In this document: piece by piece, positions 1 through 13,408 of the stretch
Layout: each line of letters begins with the position of its first letter
How positions within the stretch are numbered: the stretch's first letter is position 1
Assembly (NCBI RefSeq): GCF_031769215.1
Contig: NW_026781939.1
Span: 806,001-870,000 of the forward strand
DNA length: 64,000 nucleotides
Direction of reading: 5' to 3'
From: Ylistrum balloti
Lineage: Eukaryota
The notes under the pieces: generated by a model
Told to the model about the DNA's origin: nothing
Database searches by the model: none
What the model saw: the letters and a program-made list of their open reading frames with translations, nothing else
Program-made: the position numbers and the translations under genes

Positions 1-1902
1 TGATACATATTGATGATGATGATGATGGAATCTCACGCCCCTTTCACATCATTCACTTCGCTTGTAATTGGAAATCTTCGCGTTGCTGTTTTCAGGTAGC
101 GATAGACCATTGTGAAATCGATGTCGACTTAATTGCAGTTATAGCTTTTTTCCTCCCCGTACCGACTCTTTATCAATTATCTTCAATTGATATAGGGTTC
201 GATCCAATGATAATGTCTGCCTTGTAATCAGCTAATTGACTAAGTGTTGCTGATATTTTAGCATCACGTAATGTGTATGTTCACGTTACTTTTAGTTTTT
301 TGGGTCCTTCAATTGAAGATCGGGATGATAACAACAAAAGATCAATTTTATAAAGTACCTTACATTGAGCATGAATGTTGTCTGCAATGTATTTACAAAG
401 TTCAATCATTGTATATGGAAGTAAGTGCTTCATCAATTTTTTAACGAGTTTGAATGAAACGAGTGTAAGATTCTATTTAACAAACAAGCGATATACGCGA
501 CAATTTAGTGCAAGACAAACGGGACTCGAGCACCTTATGAGTCTGACTGTAAAGTAATGCAACTACATATGTGCCTAACTATACCGCTTACATGACAAAA
601 TAAACAAGGTATATATATATATGTTATATAATCTTACTTAAACGCACTGACGTCGATAAGAGCATAACAAAATTGTAGATTAAAATAATCTTGTTAATTT
701 ACAAGCATGCGTATTTCAAATATTCAGATAACTTAATTTCATTTTATTGTAATACACGGTAGAGTTTTGAAGAATACTCAAACTTCAGCAGTCGAAGAAA
801 ACTTTATCTGATGGTCCTTTAGAAAGCAAAATGAAGAATACAACTTAAGTATTGTGCGTACAATATCAACGTTCAATTACGAACAACCATAAAGTACATT
901 TACATCGGTAGAAAATCACCGAGTAAGAATTCTGAAGCAGTCGAACGCGAAAGTTGATCATCTGTTACAATCACCGAAGCATGGAAGTGAAATTTCAATT
1001 ACTTCACAGTATAATGCGGTGTGGCCGTCCTTTATCGTGTTCAATGGTTGTCAGGGGGTAATGTAAATCAATATTCAGAATCTTATATTCTGATTCATAG
1101 GCATAAAGTAAACATACGAGGACAGTGCACCAAAATAATGGCGTATCATTGTCAACCATTGGTGGGCGTGTCTATCTCTCCCTGGGCCTTATTAAGGGGA
1201 ATACAGACCCTTAATCTTCACACGATACCATCACTATTCACTATCATTAGCATTTTCATTATAAAAATGTTTACAATAGCGATCATATACAAAGTACATT
1301 AAACATTTGCGCCATGATCAGGACAGTAAATTGGTGAAACATCTATATCGTAACCATGACGCTGATCTAGAAAAATAATTACTCAAGCGTATGGATCAAA
1401 GAACATTTACATGGCATAAGTAAAGCGATTTTTTACGATAACCATGTGCCTATTTTACAAGAACTCGAATTCCGTGATAACTGATAGCAAATTTTTTAAT
1501 ATTACCACGACACTTGGTTCGCGTATAACACTACCAAAACCACGACATACGAAACAAAATGATATATAAAACCATTTAATTCCAATGTAGTATTGATGTT
1601 TCACAAAATATGGTAAAATTTATCACGTCTCTAACAATAAATAAATCAATATCTGTAGTAATAGAACAGTTCATATGATACCATGTACCTAACCTTTTTT
1701 GTTATTTTGTGACGTATGAAGAAATATTACGGATCACTGTTGTAGATATTGTCACGATGGAAATGTCCTTTGGTACGTTATGTTAATCAACAGGCAATCT
1801 TCCCGCTACGGCATGAATACAACCGTCTAACACGAGTGCATAACTTATATACACCACCACTTTTTGATTCCTTATTTTTCATCACATGGATCTACAGTAA
1901 AT

Positions 1903-2912
1903 ACTATTCTATTTCTACTGTAAACCTATTCTATTTCTTCTGTAAACTCTGTTCTATTTCTACTGTCAATTATATTCTATTTCTACTGTAAACCTATTCT
2001 ATTTCTACTGTAAACCTATTCTATTTCTACTGTAAACCTATTCTATTTCTACTGTCAATTCTATTCTATTTCTACTGTAAACTCTGTTCTATTTCTACTG
2101 TAAACTCTGTTCTATTTCTACTGTAAACTCTATCCTATTTCTACTGTAAACCTATTCTATTTCTACTGTAAACTCTGTTCTATTTATACTGTAAACTCTA
2201 TCCTATTTCTACTGTAAACTCTATTCTATTTCTACTGTAAACCTATTCTATTTCTACTGTCAATTCTATTCTATTTCTACTGTAAACTCTGTTCTATTTC
2301 TACTGTCAATTATATTCTATTTCTACTGTAAACTTTATTCTATTTCTACTGTCAATTCTATTCTATTTCTACTGTAAACTCTGTTCTATTTCTACTGTAA
2401 ACTCTATTCTATTTCTACTGTAAACTCTGTTCTATTTCTACTGTAAACTCTATTCTATTTCTACTGTAAACTCTATTCTATTTCTACTGTAAATTCTATT
2501 CTATTTCTACTGTTAATCCTATTTCTACTGTAAACTCTATCCTATTTCTACTGTAAACTCTATCCTATTTCTACTGTAAACTCTGTTCTATTTCTACTGT
2601 AAACTCTGTTCTATTTCTACTGTAAACTCTATCCTATTTCTACTGTAAACTCTATTCTATTTCTACTGTAAACTCTGTTCTATTTCTACTGTAAACTCTA
2701 TCCTATTTCTACTGTAAACTCTATCCTATTTCTACTGTAAACTCTATTCTATTTCTACTGTAAACTCTATTCTATTTCTACTGTAAACTCTATCCTATTT
2801 CTACTGTAAACTCTATCCTATTTCTACTGTAAACCTATTCTATTTCTACTGTAACTCTATTCTATTTCTACTGTAAGTACTATTCTATTTCTACTGTAAA
2901 CTCTATTCTATT
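1903..2912. repeat. Minisatellite, 22-23 bp unit (consensus AACTCTATTCTATTTCTACTGTA), about 44 copies
   Basis: ACTCT recurs at 2401 and 2424 (period 23); 22-bp AACCTATT and GTCAATT variant units are interspersed. Confidence 0.97.
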
Positions 2913-3450
2913 TTCCTTGTTTTAGAAGAAACATGTGCAATACAATCTTGAAAAAAGATTCACGATACATAAAACTAGAGAAAATGCTATACTGCTCACG
3001 GGGAACCATTTGTTTTGCTGAAACTGCAGATATTAATATTTATCGTTTATTATAAAAAGGGTATACTTATCTGTTGCACAACAGTCTAGATAAGTAAAAT
3101 TTTGTGTAATATATAATAACGCATGGGCACAAAACATCGTCTCCTTCAAACCAAAATGGCTTTCCGCCTGAATCTGCTGGCGATTAATGTTACTTACTTC
3201 GTAACTCTGAATTGACCTAGAGTTTTCAAATCATCTTGCCACGCCCATAACAAACTCCGATACTGAAAAATGTGATTTAACTGACTGTGTCACTTCTGAT
3301 ACTGTCATGTCTGTACGCAATTATGTATCCGTGTTTACAAATTGATAAAGTAATGTGTTACATGTCGTCTGTGAAGAACACGTCCTTTCTGGCTGAGCTT
3401 TATTTGAATGATATTTTACTATAAATAAGAATAAATGTTTACTACAAAAT

Positions 3451-3574
3451 GACCAGGTTTTACCTATGTATCCGGGATTCGATTCCTGGAAAGGACATGT
3501 AAAAGCATTGGGGTCAACTGCCCAACCAAGTGGATTTTCCCTGGGGACTGTAGCTTCCATCCGGACTAACAAGA
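3451..3574 (+). mobile_element. Degenerate tRNA-derived SINE (V-domain type)
   Basis: B-box-like CCGGGATTCGATTCC (3472-3486), then GGACATGTAAAAG..GGTCAACTGCCCAACCAAGTGGATTTTCCCTGGGGACT resembling the V-SINE core GTGGGTTTTCCCCGGGTACTCCGGTTTCC (recalled); same body as the 8100-8200 copy. Confidence 0.55.
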
Positions 3575-6500
3575 ATGATTAATTAAAGCTTAAAGCTGGT
3601 TTCGCACTTATTGAAAAATAAATAAAGATTATACTTATTAATGACCTCCATGAAGATGGAATTTAATAATTCAGTTCTCATAATACGATTTGTTATAATG
3701 TCCTCAAGTACACAATAGTCACGAATCATTTAAAAAAGAAGACCTGCTACAATACATAAAGGGATATTAGTACTAACTTTGTAAATAGTTTACACAAAAC
3801 ATACAAATAATTGAGAGACCCACTCCAGTGTTTGTACCGCGCACAGGGTAAAAGCGCAGGTGCTATCGATCAGGACTTTAATACAAAAAGCCTTGTTCCC
3901 TTAATGATATAGTCGAAATTCTACATAATTATTATTCGTTGAAATATTCACATGATTTATGATGTGTGTTTAATTCTTGCATCTGTTGGTGGTACGTATT
4001 TATTTCGGTCAATGTTGTTTTATAGGAATTCCTTACAAAGACTGCGAAATTATGTAATGTAATCACTTTGATTCAAATCAAGCGAATAGCGCTTGTTGAA
4101 ACCAGATCAAAATGACTGAATACTACAGCATGCATATCCTTCCGATCACTGGCGATTAGAGATGGTGTTTGCTTAATCCGACACCGCCAAATTAAAACCC
4201 GAAATTAAATACTGTTATATCTTGTAACAGCACGGTGGCGATGAACTTGTGATATTTAACGTTGAATCGTAATCTCCTACTAAAACGTTTGCATGTGCAT
4301 ATCACCGCCAGATGACACATATGGTATTTGAATCGTTCTGTGTCTGCCATGTCGACAGCATATGTCGAAATACAGGAACGTTGGTTATGACATGAACACC
4401 GTTGTAGGAAAGATTCGTCTACATTAAGGGCAAACTATGAAGGTAAGTGCTGCTAAAAAGGGAGGTCTTATCAGCATAAGGTTGTCTTTGTCGTTGTTCA
4501 TTTAGCTTTGACGAATCTGAATTGGTTCTTGTAGAACGAAAGTAATTCATAACAAGGACTGATCTGATTCAATTTTTCATATTTGTCTTTTAATGTTTGT
4601 GAGGTACAAAACGTGCTTGTTCTTGGAACACAGCAAGAAAAACAATTCTCATTGTCGTTATTTTATAAAGTTAAACATGGACGTTTTATTATAACCCGAA
4701 TACTCTTGACATGACGAGCACACTTGTATACATTAACAAAATATACTGGAAATCAATAACAAGAAATCTTGAGTTTCGAGAAACGAAATGTATGAAAACA
4801 AACAGCAAGAAATTGTAAAACAAAGACACCAAGAGGATGTATCTTTTAACATTGTCAGCAATACAACATTTACCATTTTCAACTTCTGTTGATTCTAGTA
4901 TAGTTTTAGAGGTGATCGTAGTAATGAGAGCGATGCAGGTTTTTAAAATGAATTTTAGATGATTTTAGTCATAAAAGGTTTTTGAATTAAATTCAGTTAG
5001 TTGTTACGATATAAATTACCATATCAACGAACGTATTGTTGTCTTCTTACTTCTTTGCAAGGATCTTGCTTCACAAAATGATGTCATAGTGAAAACGGAA
5101 TTAGGGAAACATTGATGCCAAGCGACATCGTGTAATTATTGTCAGTTTCTGAAAAAAAACTTTATGTTTTTAATTGAGAATCTGTTAATTGACATAATGA
5201 TTAACTACACAGAACTAGATATCCAAATACAGAAGGCTGAATACTAAAGAATACATGTTTAAAGAATATTATCCATAGTTTCTTGAGTTTTTATTTATAT
5301 ATATATTAATATTTGGAATCCAAAGGCAATATTAAATCTAGTAATGTTTTCTCAAAGGAAACAATGCAGGGAGACAAAGCAAACAGCATTGCCGCTAAAC
5401 AAAGAAATCAAAGCATACGCTGTAATTGGTATGCCAATCTCATATCGGTTTATTTTTCTTATATATAAGTACCACAGCATACACGTATTTGAAGCCTGCC
5501 ATAGAAATATGTCTGAGTTTCAACACTCCCACTTTAGTAAATCAAGAAGTGTTAGTGATTTGAGCATGAAGCGAATGTGTTTGCGAACACAGAATGAGTA
5601 GAAAAGTAATTATTTTTGTATATGTCTTTTAACACTTCAAACACCAAACATCGTACAATTAATGTATTCAAAATAGTGAGCGTTTTTCCATGTTTTCAAT
5701 AGAGCATATGTTCCTTTTAAGGACGACTTTGGTATTCCAATAATGGAATATAATCCGATTAGCATAGTCCTTGATGGAAGCTTCCTGTCGACCTAAATGT
5801 AAAGGTCATATCTGGAGTGACTTGGACTAAGGGTCAGTTTATATAAACAGAGCGGCTCATGGCCTTCGGTAAGTGGACATTTCAAAACAGATTATTTCGA
5901 TGATGTTAAACTTCTAAATGTCATTACGTGTTTGCTGTCTTTGATATGTCAAAAGTGACAGATTCTTGAAGTTCTGTAATTAACATAGGACATCCAAATG
6001 CCTACAGAAAAAAACCCAGACAAGAACAGATGTTTGGGACGAGATTCGTCAGTTTGGTTGACAAGAGCAGACTTTCAAGTTAGTGTACAACACATTTCAC
6101 TTCGAATGTATTTATTATATGACTGTTGAATTACCTAGATTTAAGTCACGTTTCTGAGTTACCCTATTTAACTTGTAAAAATTTGCAATATATGTGATAT
6201 TGAATTACTTTTTAACTTATTTTACCTTTAACTATGGTGTAGGTTTAACTTTGATATATATTTTCTTTTATTTAATGTTATTCATAATTTACTTCATTTG
6301 CATAACAATACAATTATTTAAATTACTGATTATATATGTAGGTGATATTCTCTTAATGATTTGTTCTTTTGTGGTGTGTTAAGTAGGAGTAAAATGGTAT
6401 TAAAATTACCACTGCGTTATGTCAGGAAAATAAATTATCTTGTTAACTTAAGCTGTATTCTTGAGTAATTATGACAGTAGCAAAAAAGACACCAGCAACA

Positions 6501-8099
6501 TTGAACAGTAGTGAAAGAGTCAACAGCTGTGAAAAAGAACAAAGAACAAAATTGAACAGTCGTAAAGAAGCAACATACAAATTCGAATTATCGTCAGCTT
6601 CTACAATGTACCTTCAAAGGTTTGATTGAAGACTCCTGTAAAATCCATTAATTTAGATCGTATAAATATAAAATAAAAAAGCACGAAAACTAAATGCTTT
6701 GAAAAATTAATAGAGTCAGTCGTCGTACTTTTCATGGCTTCCCTAATAATACCCTTTCTCTAATGGAGTTTCGTAAAAAAAAGAAATACACACAAAAAAT
6801 CAAATGATTACATTTTTTCAGTTATGTTGATAATTTGATTTTAATAATGTTTCATCTGAAGGCACTGGTGATGAAATGAGCACTTGTCGATAAAAGAATA
6901 CATATTGATATATAAAAACACAATCTTGGTACAAGTCCAAATCAATGGCGCAGTGTAATGGCAATTTGTGACACACAATGGTCTTGATTACTAACTTTCT
7001 ATTGTGTTTATGCTGATAAGATAATGTCGTTATGTTATTGTACTATGTATATATCAGATGGTGTCGTCGATTAAGATTATCCCAATGACTTTATATTATG
7101 CTTAGGATTAGCAATGACCTGTAAAAATTTTACGCGTAGATAATATATAACCTTGGTCTATATACACAGTGTTTTCTATCAACAATCAAACTGATCGTGT
7201 TCGAATATATTACTCATAGTTTTTTCACTCGTCATATTTACAATTATTTGGAAATATAACTTAATTTGAAAATACATCCTTTTCTTGTATTCAATTATCA
7301 AAGTGAAAGGCAAACTGGATTTTAATTCAAATCTTTTAGTTATATTAGTTAAACTCAGTCCAATCTAGCCAGGCTATATCATTTAGCCTATTACTCATGA
7401 TGAAATGAGTTTCTGAGTTCAAGATCAAGTTTTGTATTTAATCAGATTGTACGACTAAGATAATATACATTTGTTCTAGTAACGCTGATATTTTCAGCAG
7501 TAACATTGCTACTTTGACCTAGATCGGTTATGTTTACACTTATTTATGTGTTTAAGAGTTATAAATATTTTTTCATTGTTTTCTATTTAGTTTGAAGAAG
7601 GTAAATATACTTTACTGAAGAACGGAACAAAGGTGTTTTTTATGATTTTTTTGGAAAGGAGACGGCTGTCTCTTATGATGACTTTAAATAGAATAGATTT
7701 GTTTTGTTAGGTAATTATGGCATATTTATAAATAAACTGTGGTAAAAGGGAAGCAAATATGAGTGTAAGTAAATATTTCGTGTACAGCTTAATGGAAGTA
7801 CAACTTAATGGAAAAGCAAATGTAATATTGTAATTTCAATCTCTTCACAGCTGTGTTTAACCATAGGATTTTGTTTACATACGTAATTGTCATCCATCAT
7901 TCACTAACCATTCTTTATGCACTGCTGCGATGTGGAGTCGAATTAGTTGAATATTTGAGCATTCCAGATTTATCGTAACATGTCATTCTTTTGATGGGCG
8001 CTACAGCGAATATTATCAATGAAAGATTTTCTTTTGGTGCTATGATGTTTCTTCAAAACGCACGTTAGTAAAATGTTAGTGTATAATTGACATTATCAA

Positions 8100-8200
8100 T
8101 AGAAATGGTCTGATGGCGCCCTCGTTTTCCCTTATACGACCGTGGCTTCGAATCTCCCATTTGACATAAATAGAAGGTAGTAGGTCACCTGAACGACCAG
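8100..8200 (+). mobile_element. Degenerate tRNA-derived SINE, same family as the 3451 copy
   Basis: A-box-like TGGTCTGATGG (8106), B-box-like GCTTCGAATCT (8145), then GACATAAATAGAAGGTAGTAGGTCACCTGAACGACCA matching the 3451 body. Confidence 0.5.
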
Positions 8201-9457
8201 CAAACATCACAAGATAGATAGTGTTTTCGGTGTTGTATCATTTACAACTACAAAACATTATTTGATGAAACAGAATTGTTTGTTCAAACCTATAATGATA
8301 GCATGTTGATATACATACACAATGTCAAACTGTATGTTATGTTCTGTATCTGTATACATACCTGACTATACCAACGTACATTATCAACGACCATAATCAT
8401 AACAGTATAAATTACAAAACAAACCTTTTTTAAATGTATATAATCATCTTTCTGTCGTCACTGTAAAAAAATGTAAAATTAATCCGGACAAAAAAATTAT
8501 TCTGTCAAACAAACAAAGAAAATCGATTGCATATCCAAACAGTGCCATCAAAGAAATCATTTCTTCCAAACAAACCAAACCCCACAATATGATCAAACGG
8601 TACCGCGAACGTTTAATATATCATGTCAGAAAGACCTTCACATGACAAGCTGCAATAGATATAGATAATTAAAACGGACAGCCTGCACAGACAACACTAT
8701 ATATCAACGCTTTAACCATTTTTATTTGGTACTATTTTAACAAAGATGTAAAATTATATTAGACTATGTGTCGCCAGACATTAACTGTTGATAGCGAGAA
8801 TTTTACATTCATTTGAATAGTGACACATGACACAGAATATATACAAGTAGTTGTCAGTGACGTCATGTTGAAATTCGATAATGAATGACAATATTCATTG
8901 AATTATTGGGTTAAAGCAGCTTCTTTCCAACTATACAGTTGTCATTTTCTGTAGCCACTTCCTAGGATTCAACACTAAAGGATTAAAGGCATCTAACATC
9001 ACGGATTCGTCCTGAAAGGTTAATATACTATTTCATGATTCATCCAATTGACCATTGAATGCTGCTAATTATTCGAGAGACTTTTGTTCAACCCTCTGAT
9101 ACTTAAGAATGAACACATTCACCCGTTGATCAGTTTTGTTCTGTTGCCACTAACCGTTATCTTAGATTTGATTATGGTCCTTAAAACTCACATCTTCCTC
9201 TCGTATCTTACTTCCAGTTGTATCAGTTTCCGCATAGATAGAAACATAGTAAGATTTACACAAGAATTGCTTACTTTTAAACTTTTAAAGTATATGTAGT
9301 ACTTGTGAAACAAGCATTGAATATTTCAAACACTATTTTCTAATCGGGTGACTTTTATGCAACATTTATGATTCACCTATTCCTTCAAAAACAATGTCAC
9401 ATCTAATTGAACTAAATCATAAATGCTTTACTAAAATCACTTCAAAATTACGAAGAT

Positions 9458-9507
9458 ATCATCATCATCATTATCATTATCATCATCATCATCATTATCA
9501 TCATCAT
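9458..9507. repeat. Imperfect (CAT)n microsatellite
   Basis: ATCATCATCATCATTATCATTATCATCATC...; explains the His-rich spurious ORF 9394-9603. Confidence 0.95.
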
Positions 9508-9659
9508 TTCTGTTTTAGATGTGTAATGTTAAGTGCTACAGTCTACGCTACACGTTGCATCAATACTTCACTTTGTAATTTCTTATTCTCGGGATTTTTT
9601 TAATTCGATAAAAAAAACAGCGATAAACACAATAAGTTGATACAGATGAGAACAACCCA

Positions 9660-9790
9660 AAGTGACAGAATAGTGAATGGACAGCAGGTGGAAGACGCTG
9701 CTGGTGGGCGTTTAGTCCTCGAGGTTTGTAATAACCTGCATGTCTCGTTTTAATTCTATCGAATGGTTGCATGGTATCTATAATCAGGTA
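9660..9790 (+). mobile_element. Dispersed repeat, probable Penelope-like element pLTR/retrozyme fragment
   Basis: GCAGGTGGAAGACGCTGCTGGTGGGCGTTTAGTCCTCGAGGTTTGTAATAACCTGCATGTCTCG aligns with 25487-25550; motif resembles recalled bivalve Penelope pLTR (CTGCTGGTGG..GTCCCCGAGGG). Confidence 0.55.
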
Positions 9791-12371
9791 TTAAATGTTC
9801 AGTAACTTCGGAACATACAGTCAAAATATTCCCTGGATCATTATGTCACTACAACTATGCTGATTATAAACTAATTCTTTGATAAGGAATATATTGCACT
9901 GAGAAATGGACAACTGTCAATGGTGTCGTTATTATTGTTTGTGTCTATAAGGTATACAGATATTCGTATCCGATGCCTGTATTAGATTATGTTGTAACAA
10001 GCTCATGACATGCGCCTGGTAGAAAATTCGTACAAACAATTTATAATGTAGTTTTATATCATTTTTGTTTTCTAAATTTGCATAATATGTTCTTGAAATT
10101 TGTATATACAATATATTGGTCATCAATTTTTCTGTTAACACACCAATTACAGGCTGTTGAACACTGACTGGATATAGATATTTATTAAGCAACTTTTTTA
10201 AAGTTTACAATGTATTGCATTTCATATTGATAGTCCGGTCGTTCGGACTTATTGTATCGAGCCACAGCCAAAATACAACACCGACAATTCAGAATATCGA
10301 TACTGACTGTCAATATTTATTCAACACGTTTATCAACTGCTTTGGTGTCACAATACACCAGGCATCGAAAAATTCCTTATCAAATAACAGTGCTTAGTCA
10401 GCCTGGGTCAAACGATTCGAATAAAACTCCCTCTGGCTTATCGAACTTATTGGCCGTCAATCATCACAGTGTAGCTGGTCAATGTCCGAAATCTTCGTAG
10501 CAACTGGCCGACTATTGATACTTCACTACTGTCGTATACATGTTCACACGATGTAGGTATTGTCTTATATCGATCCTTAAGTGCAGACATCCGTCAGGTG
10601 TTGTATGCTAAGCGAAGGTACAGACAGGTATAATGCTTCCTTAGTTACATCAAACATTTTACCTCTAACACCCTACCTTGATCCTAATAGACATACACAT
10701 TCGACCGTCTATGTGTAAAACACGTCTTGATTAAAGGCGCTAGTTTTTCAGCTGTCAGGTTTTATATCATTACTTATCGACCTCAAAATTAAACAGGCTT
10801 GACTTCCTATTGTTTTTAGGTTAATCAATTTTCAGTTTTTATTCTGAAGGCGAATGTTTCATTGTTTAGAGATAACGTTAGTCGATACTCTCTGTTTTCA
10901 TTAATGTGTAATTATGCTTAAAGGGGTGGGGTGGGTGGGTTCAAACTGTTTTACATAGTTAAATATAAAATGAGATACGTCATCTATTTGTGCCGTATTT
11001 ATAGGTCTTTCAATAATTGAATAGATAAAATGTCGTATGGAATATGTGAAATAATTTCTAAATTCATGATGATTAGTTATTAAATAATATTGACGGACAT
11101 ACTAGTCTTATATACCATATACAAATAAGGTAATTGTAGTGGTGGTCCTTTATTATCTAACGTTTTAGTTTCTGAAACACTATAAATAATAATGGAATGG
11201 AATCCTAAAGTTGTATTTCTTATTTTATTAAATGTTTATGAAACGTTAAAATACTTGTATAATTCTTATTCATTAGCGCAAGTTACTGGATATAAATATT
11301 CTTTTGGAAAAAACAGATGTGTGTACGGTAGACATAACATGTCAATGTATTTCTGATATTATGAATCCTGTATCATCAAGTTTCATCTCCTTATAGTGAA
11401 ACATAAAAGTCATCCATGAGCCATTGGTGTCTTCATTAAAATCGAATTTGAATGTTAGATATAAACGGTATATGATTCACAATTTCTCCGTATCATATAC
11501 ACAACATTACATGATGCTTATTAATTTTTGGAAGGAAACCAATTCGAAAATTTGACTTCTGGCGCCGCTGAGCTGTGTACAACTGTCAGATCTCGTGAAC
11601 CAGGATAACTCGATAGCGGGATTGGATAGGATTAACAACCACACGCCTTTAAAGGGGATTTATTTACATATTATATCAAGTCTTACGCACGATAATGGTT
11701 TTAAGAACAAATTATTTCTATATACCCTACGTACCGTGTGTGTACTAAGAACTTAAGTTTGCCTCATAAACCTATCGACATTACGCCTAGTTTGGTGGGG
11801 TTCTCCTCGAGTGCTTTCTGAGATCCCGTTATAATGCACTTACCTCGATTTGTATACGTAAACCCACCGTATGGTATATATCTATATACATTGATCCGAG
11901 TCTATCAGATTAGGTAGAAAATAGTATAGCTTAAATGCCCGAAGCTGTCACAATAGACCAGCGCTCTGTGTTTCTATATATCGACTGTGTTTGGTGTACG
12001 AGGCTCCCATAACAAAACCGGGTATCGTGAGGGCAGACTAGTGCTGTGTGTTAAGTATTTGTGGCAGCTGTGAAGTCTGACACGGTGTTGATACATTTAT
12101 ATTGAAGACATGATAGTACTCTGACACCAAACACATGACATAGTGTCATGGTTTAGGATCAGTTCAAACATTTGGACGTTCGATATTTCGGAACTATATT
12201 TACTGTCTGTGATGGTATTGTGGTGACTCCAGAAACATTCAAATTATTTTCTTGTGACATATATCGAACAGCATGAAACCAAATGATATCAAACGTATAT
12301 ACTAGTGTTCTGGATAATATATTTTGAAACGATACACCGTATTTTATCTTTTTATGTGAAACTCTTTCAAA

Positions 12372-13408
12372 ATGTTGGACCAGCCGCAGCGTTGGGCTAA
12401 TTTGACAAATTTCGGAAATATTCCAAGCATGAAAGAAGCTTTGATGAGCAAACAACAATCTGATCGTAGATTATTGAACATGAAGCTAAAACAAAGGGCT
12501 TTAACGGGCAAACCCCAAAACAAGAGGTTTGTATCATCTGCTTCTACTTCACAGGGACGTGAACCACGCCGGTATCCCATGGAATACTCTCGCGAAGACT
12601 CGACGAGAGCAGGAAAGCAACATCAAGCACTCCGTAAACAGTTGGAACAACGAGTACACAATGCTAGGATAGACAGTGGCAGTTTAAGACAATACAGCCT
12701 TGGTCTGTTTGACAGTGTTGTGCAGAATCTGAACAAAAACGATTCTAATTACAAGCCAAAACAGCAAACAAGTACTTTGTATCATGCTAACGAGGAAAAA
12801 GACAAAAAACCCATCCGGCCACAAACGGCAGGTCACAATGGACCCTCATATGATGGCAGTCTTCTTTATAACAAAAGAGGAAAGGTCTTGAATTCCATTA
12901 GGCTAAGGCCACAGTCTGAGCCTGTAGGCAGGTATAACCACGTGAAAGGAAAGATTGTACCTCCAGAGATACAGAAGACACTATGTCAGAGCAACAACGA
13001 GTTCCGTGTGCTGACCTCTCCTATGCCCATACATCCTCCATCTCCAAGGTCAAGGTCATCATCAATAAGTGATTTTAAGCTGGTGCCATTAAATGGAACT
13101 GGAAGTATTTCAGAAATTTCTTCAGTCCATGACTTTAACACTGATGGGGCTGTACGTGTTGAACTGAACAGTGAGAATGGATTTGTTGAATTGGACGAGT
13201 TGGAAACCTCCAGAACTTCCTCCCAGATATCCAATGACATTGCATTCAGAACGAGGAATATGCCGTCAGGCACTGTCCACTTTTACTCACTAGAATACGA
13301 AAGTTCAATTGAGGAATCCATCCCGGATGTACCACCACCAGCTGAGGTTAAGCCACCTCCTCCTCCACCAGAAGAACCGAAGGCCAAGGCAAAGAAGGGC
13401 AAACAAAG
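12372..13408 (+). CDS. Uncharacterised protein, coding exon 1
   Basis: Long ORF MLDQPQRW...PPPPPPEEPKAKAKKGKQR; donor GTAAGT at 13409. Confidence 0.88.

Noticed and set aside
808-830. Third hammerhead core (CTGATGGTCCTTTAGAAAGCAAAA)
   Set aside because: Too degenerate (core base missing, stem II unpaired) to call alone; mentioned only as weak support
1903-2912. CRISPR-like regular repeat array
   Set aside because: Units are contiguous with no unique spacers, the context is eukaryotic and there are no cas genes; the same applies to all other arrays in the window
5840-5875. TATATAAA followed by a GTAAGT donor as a promoter and first exon of the orphan gene
   Set aside because: The expected TSS about 25-30 bp downstream coincides with the donor, leaving no exon; unsupported
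9394-9603. His-rich ORF
   Set aside because: Produced by the (CAT)n microsatellite; no splice or homology support
12159-13273. Antisense ORFs overlapping the orphan gene exon (also 22470-22928 and 51020-51247)
   Set aside because: Shadow frames of GC-richer coding exons with no independent features
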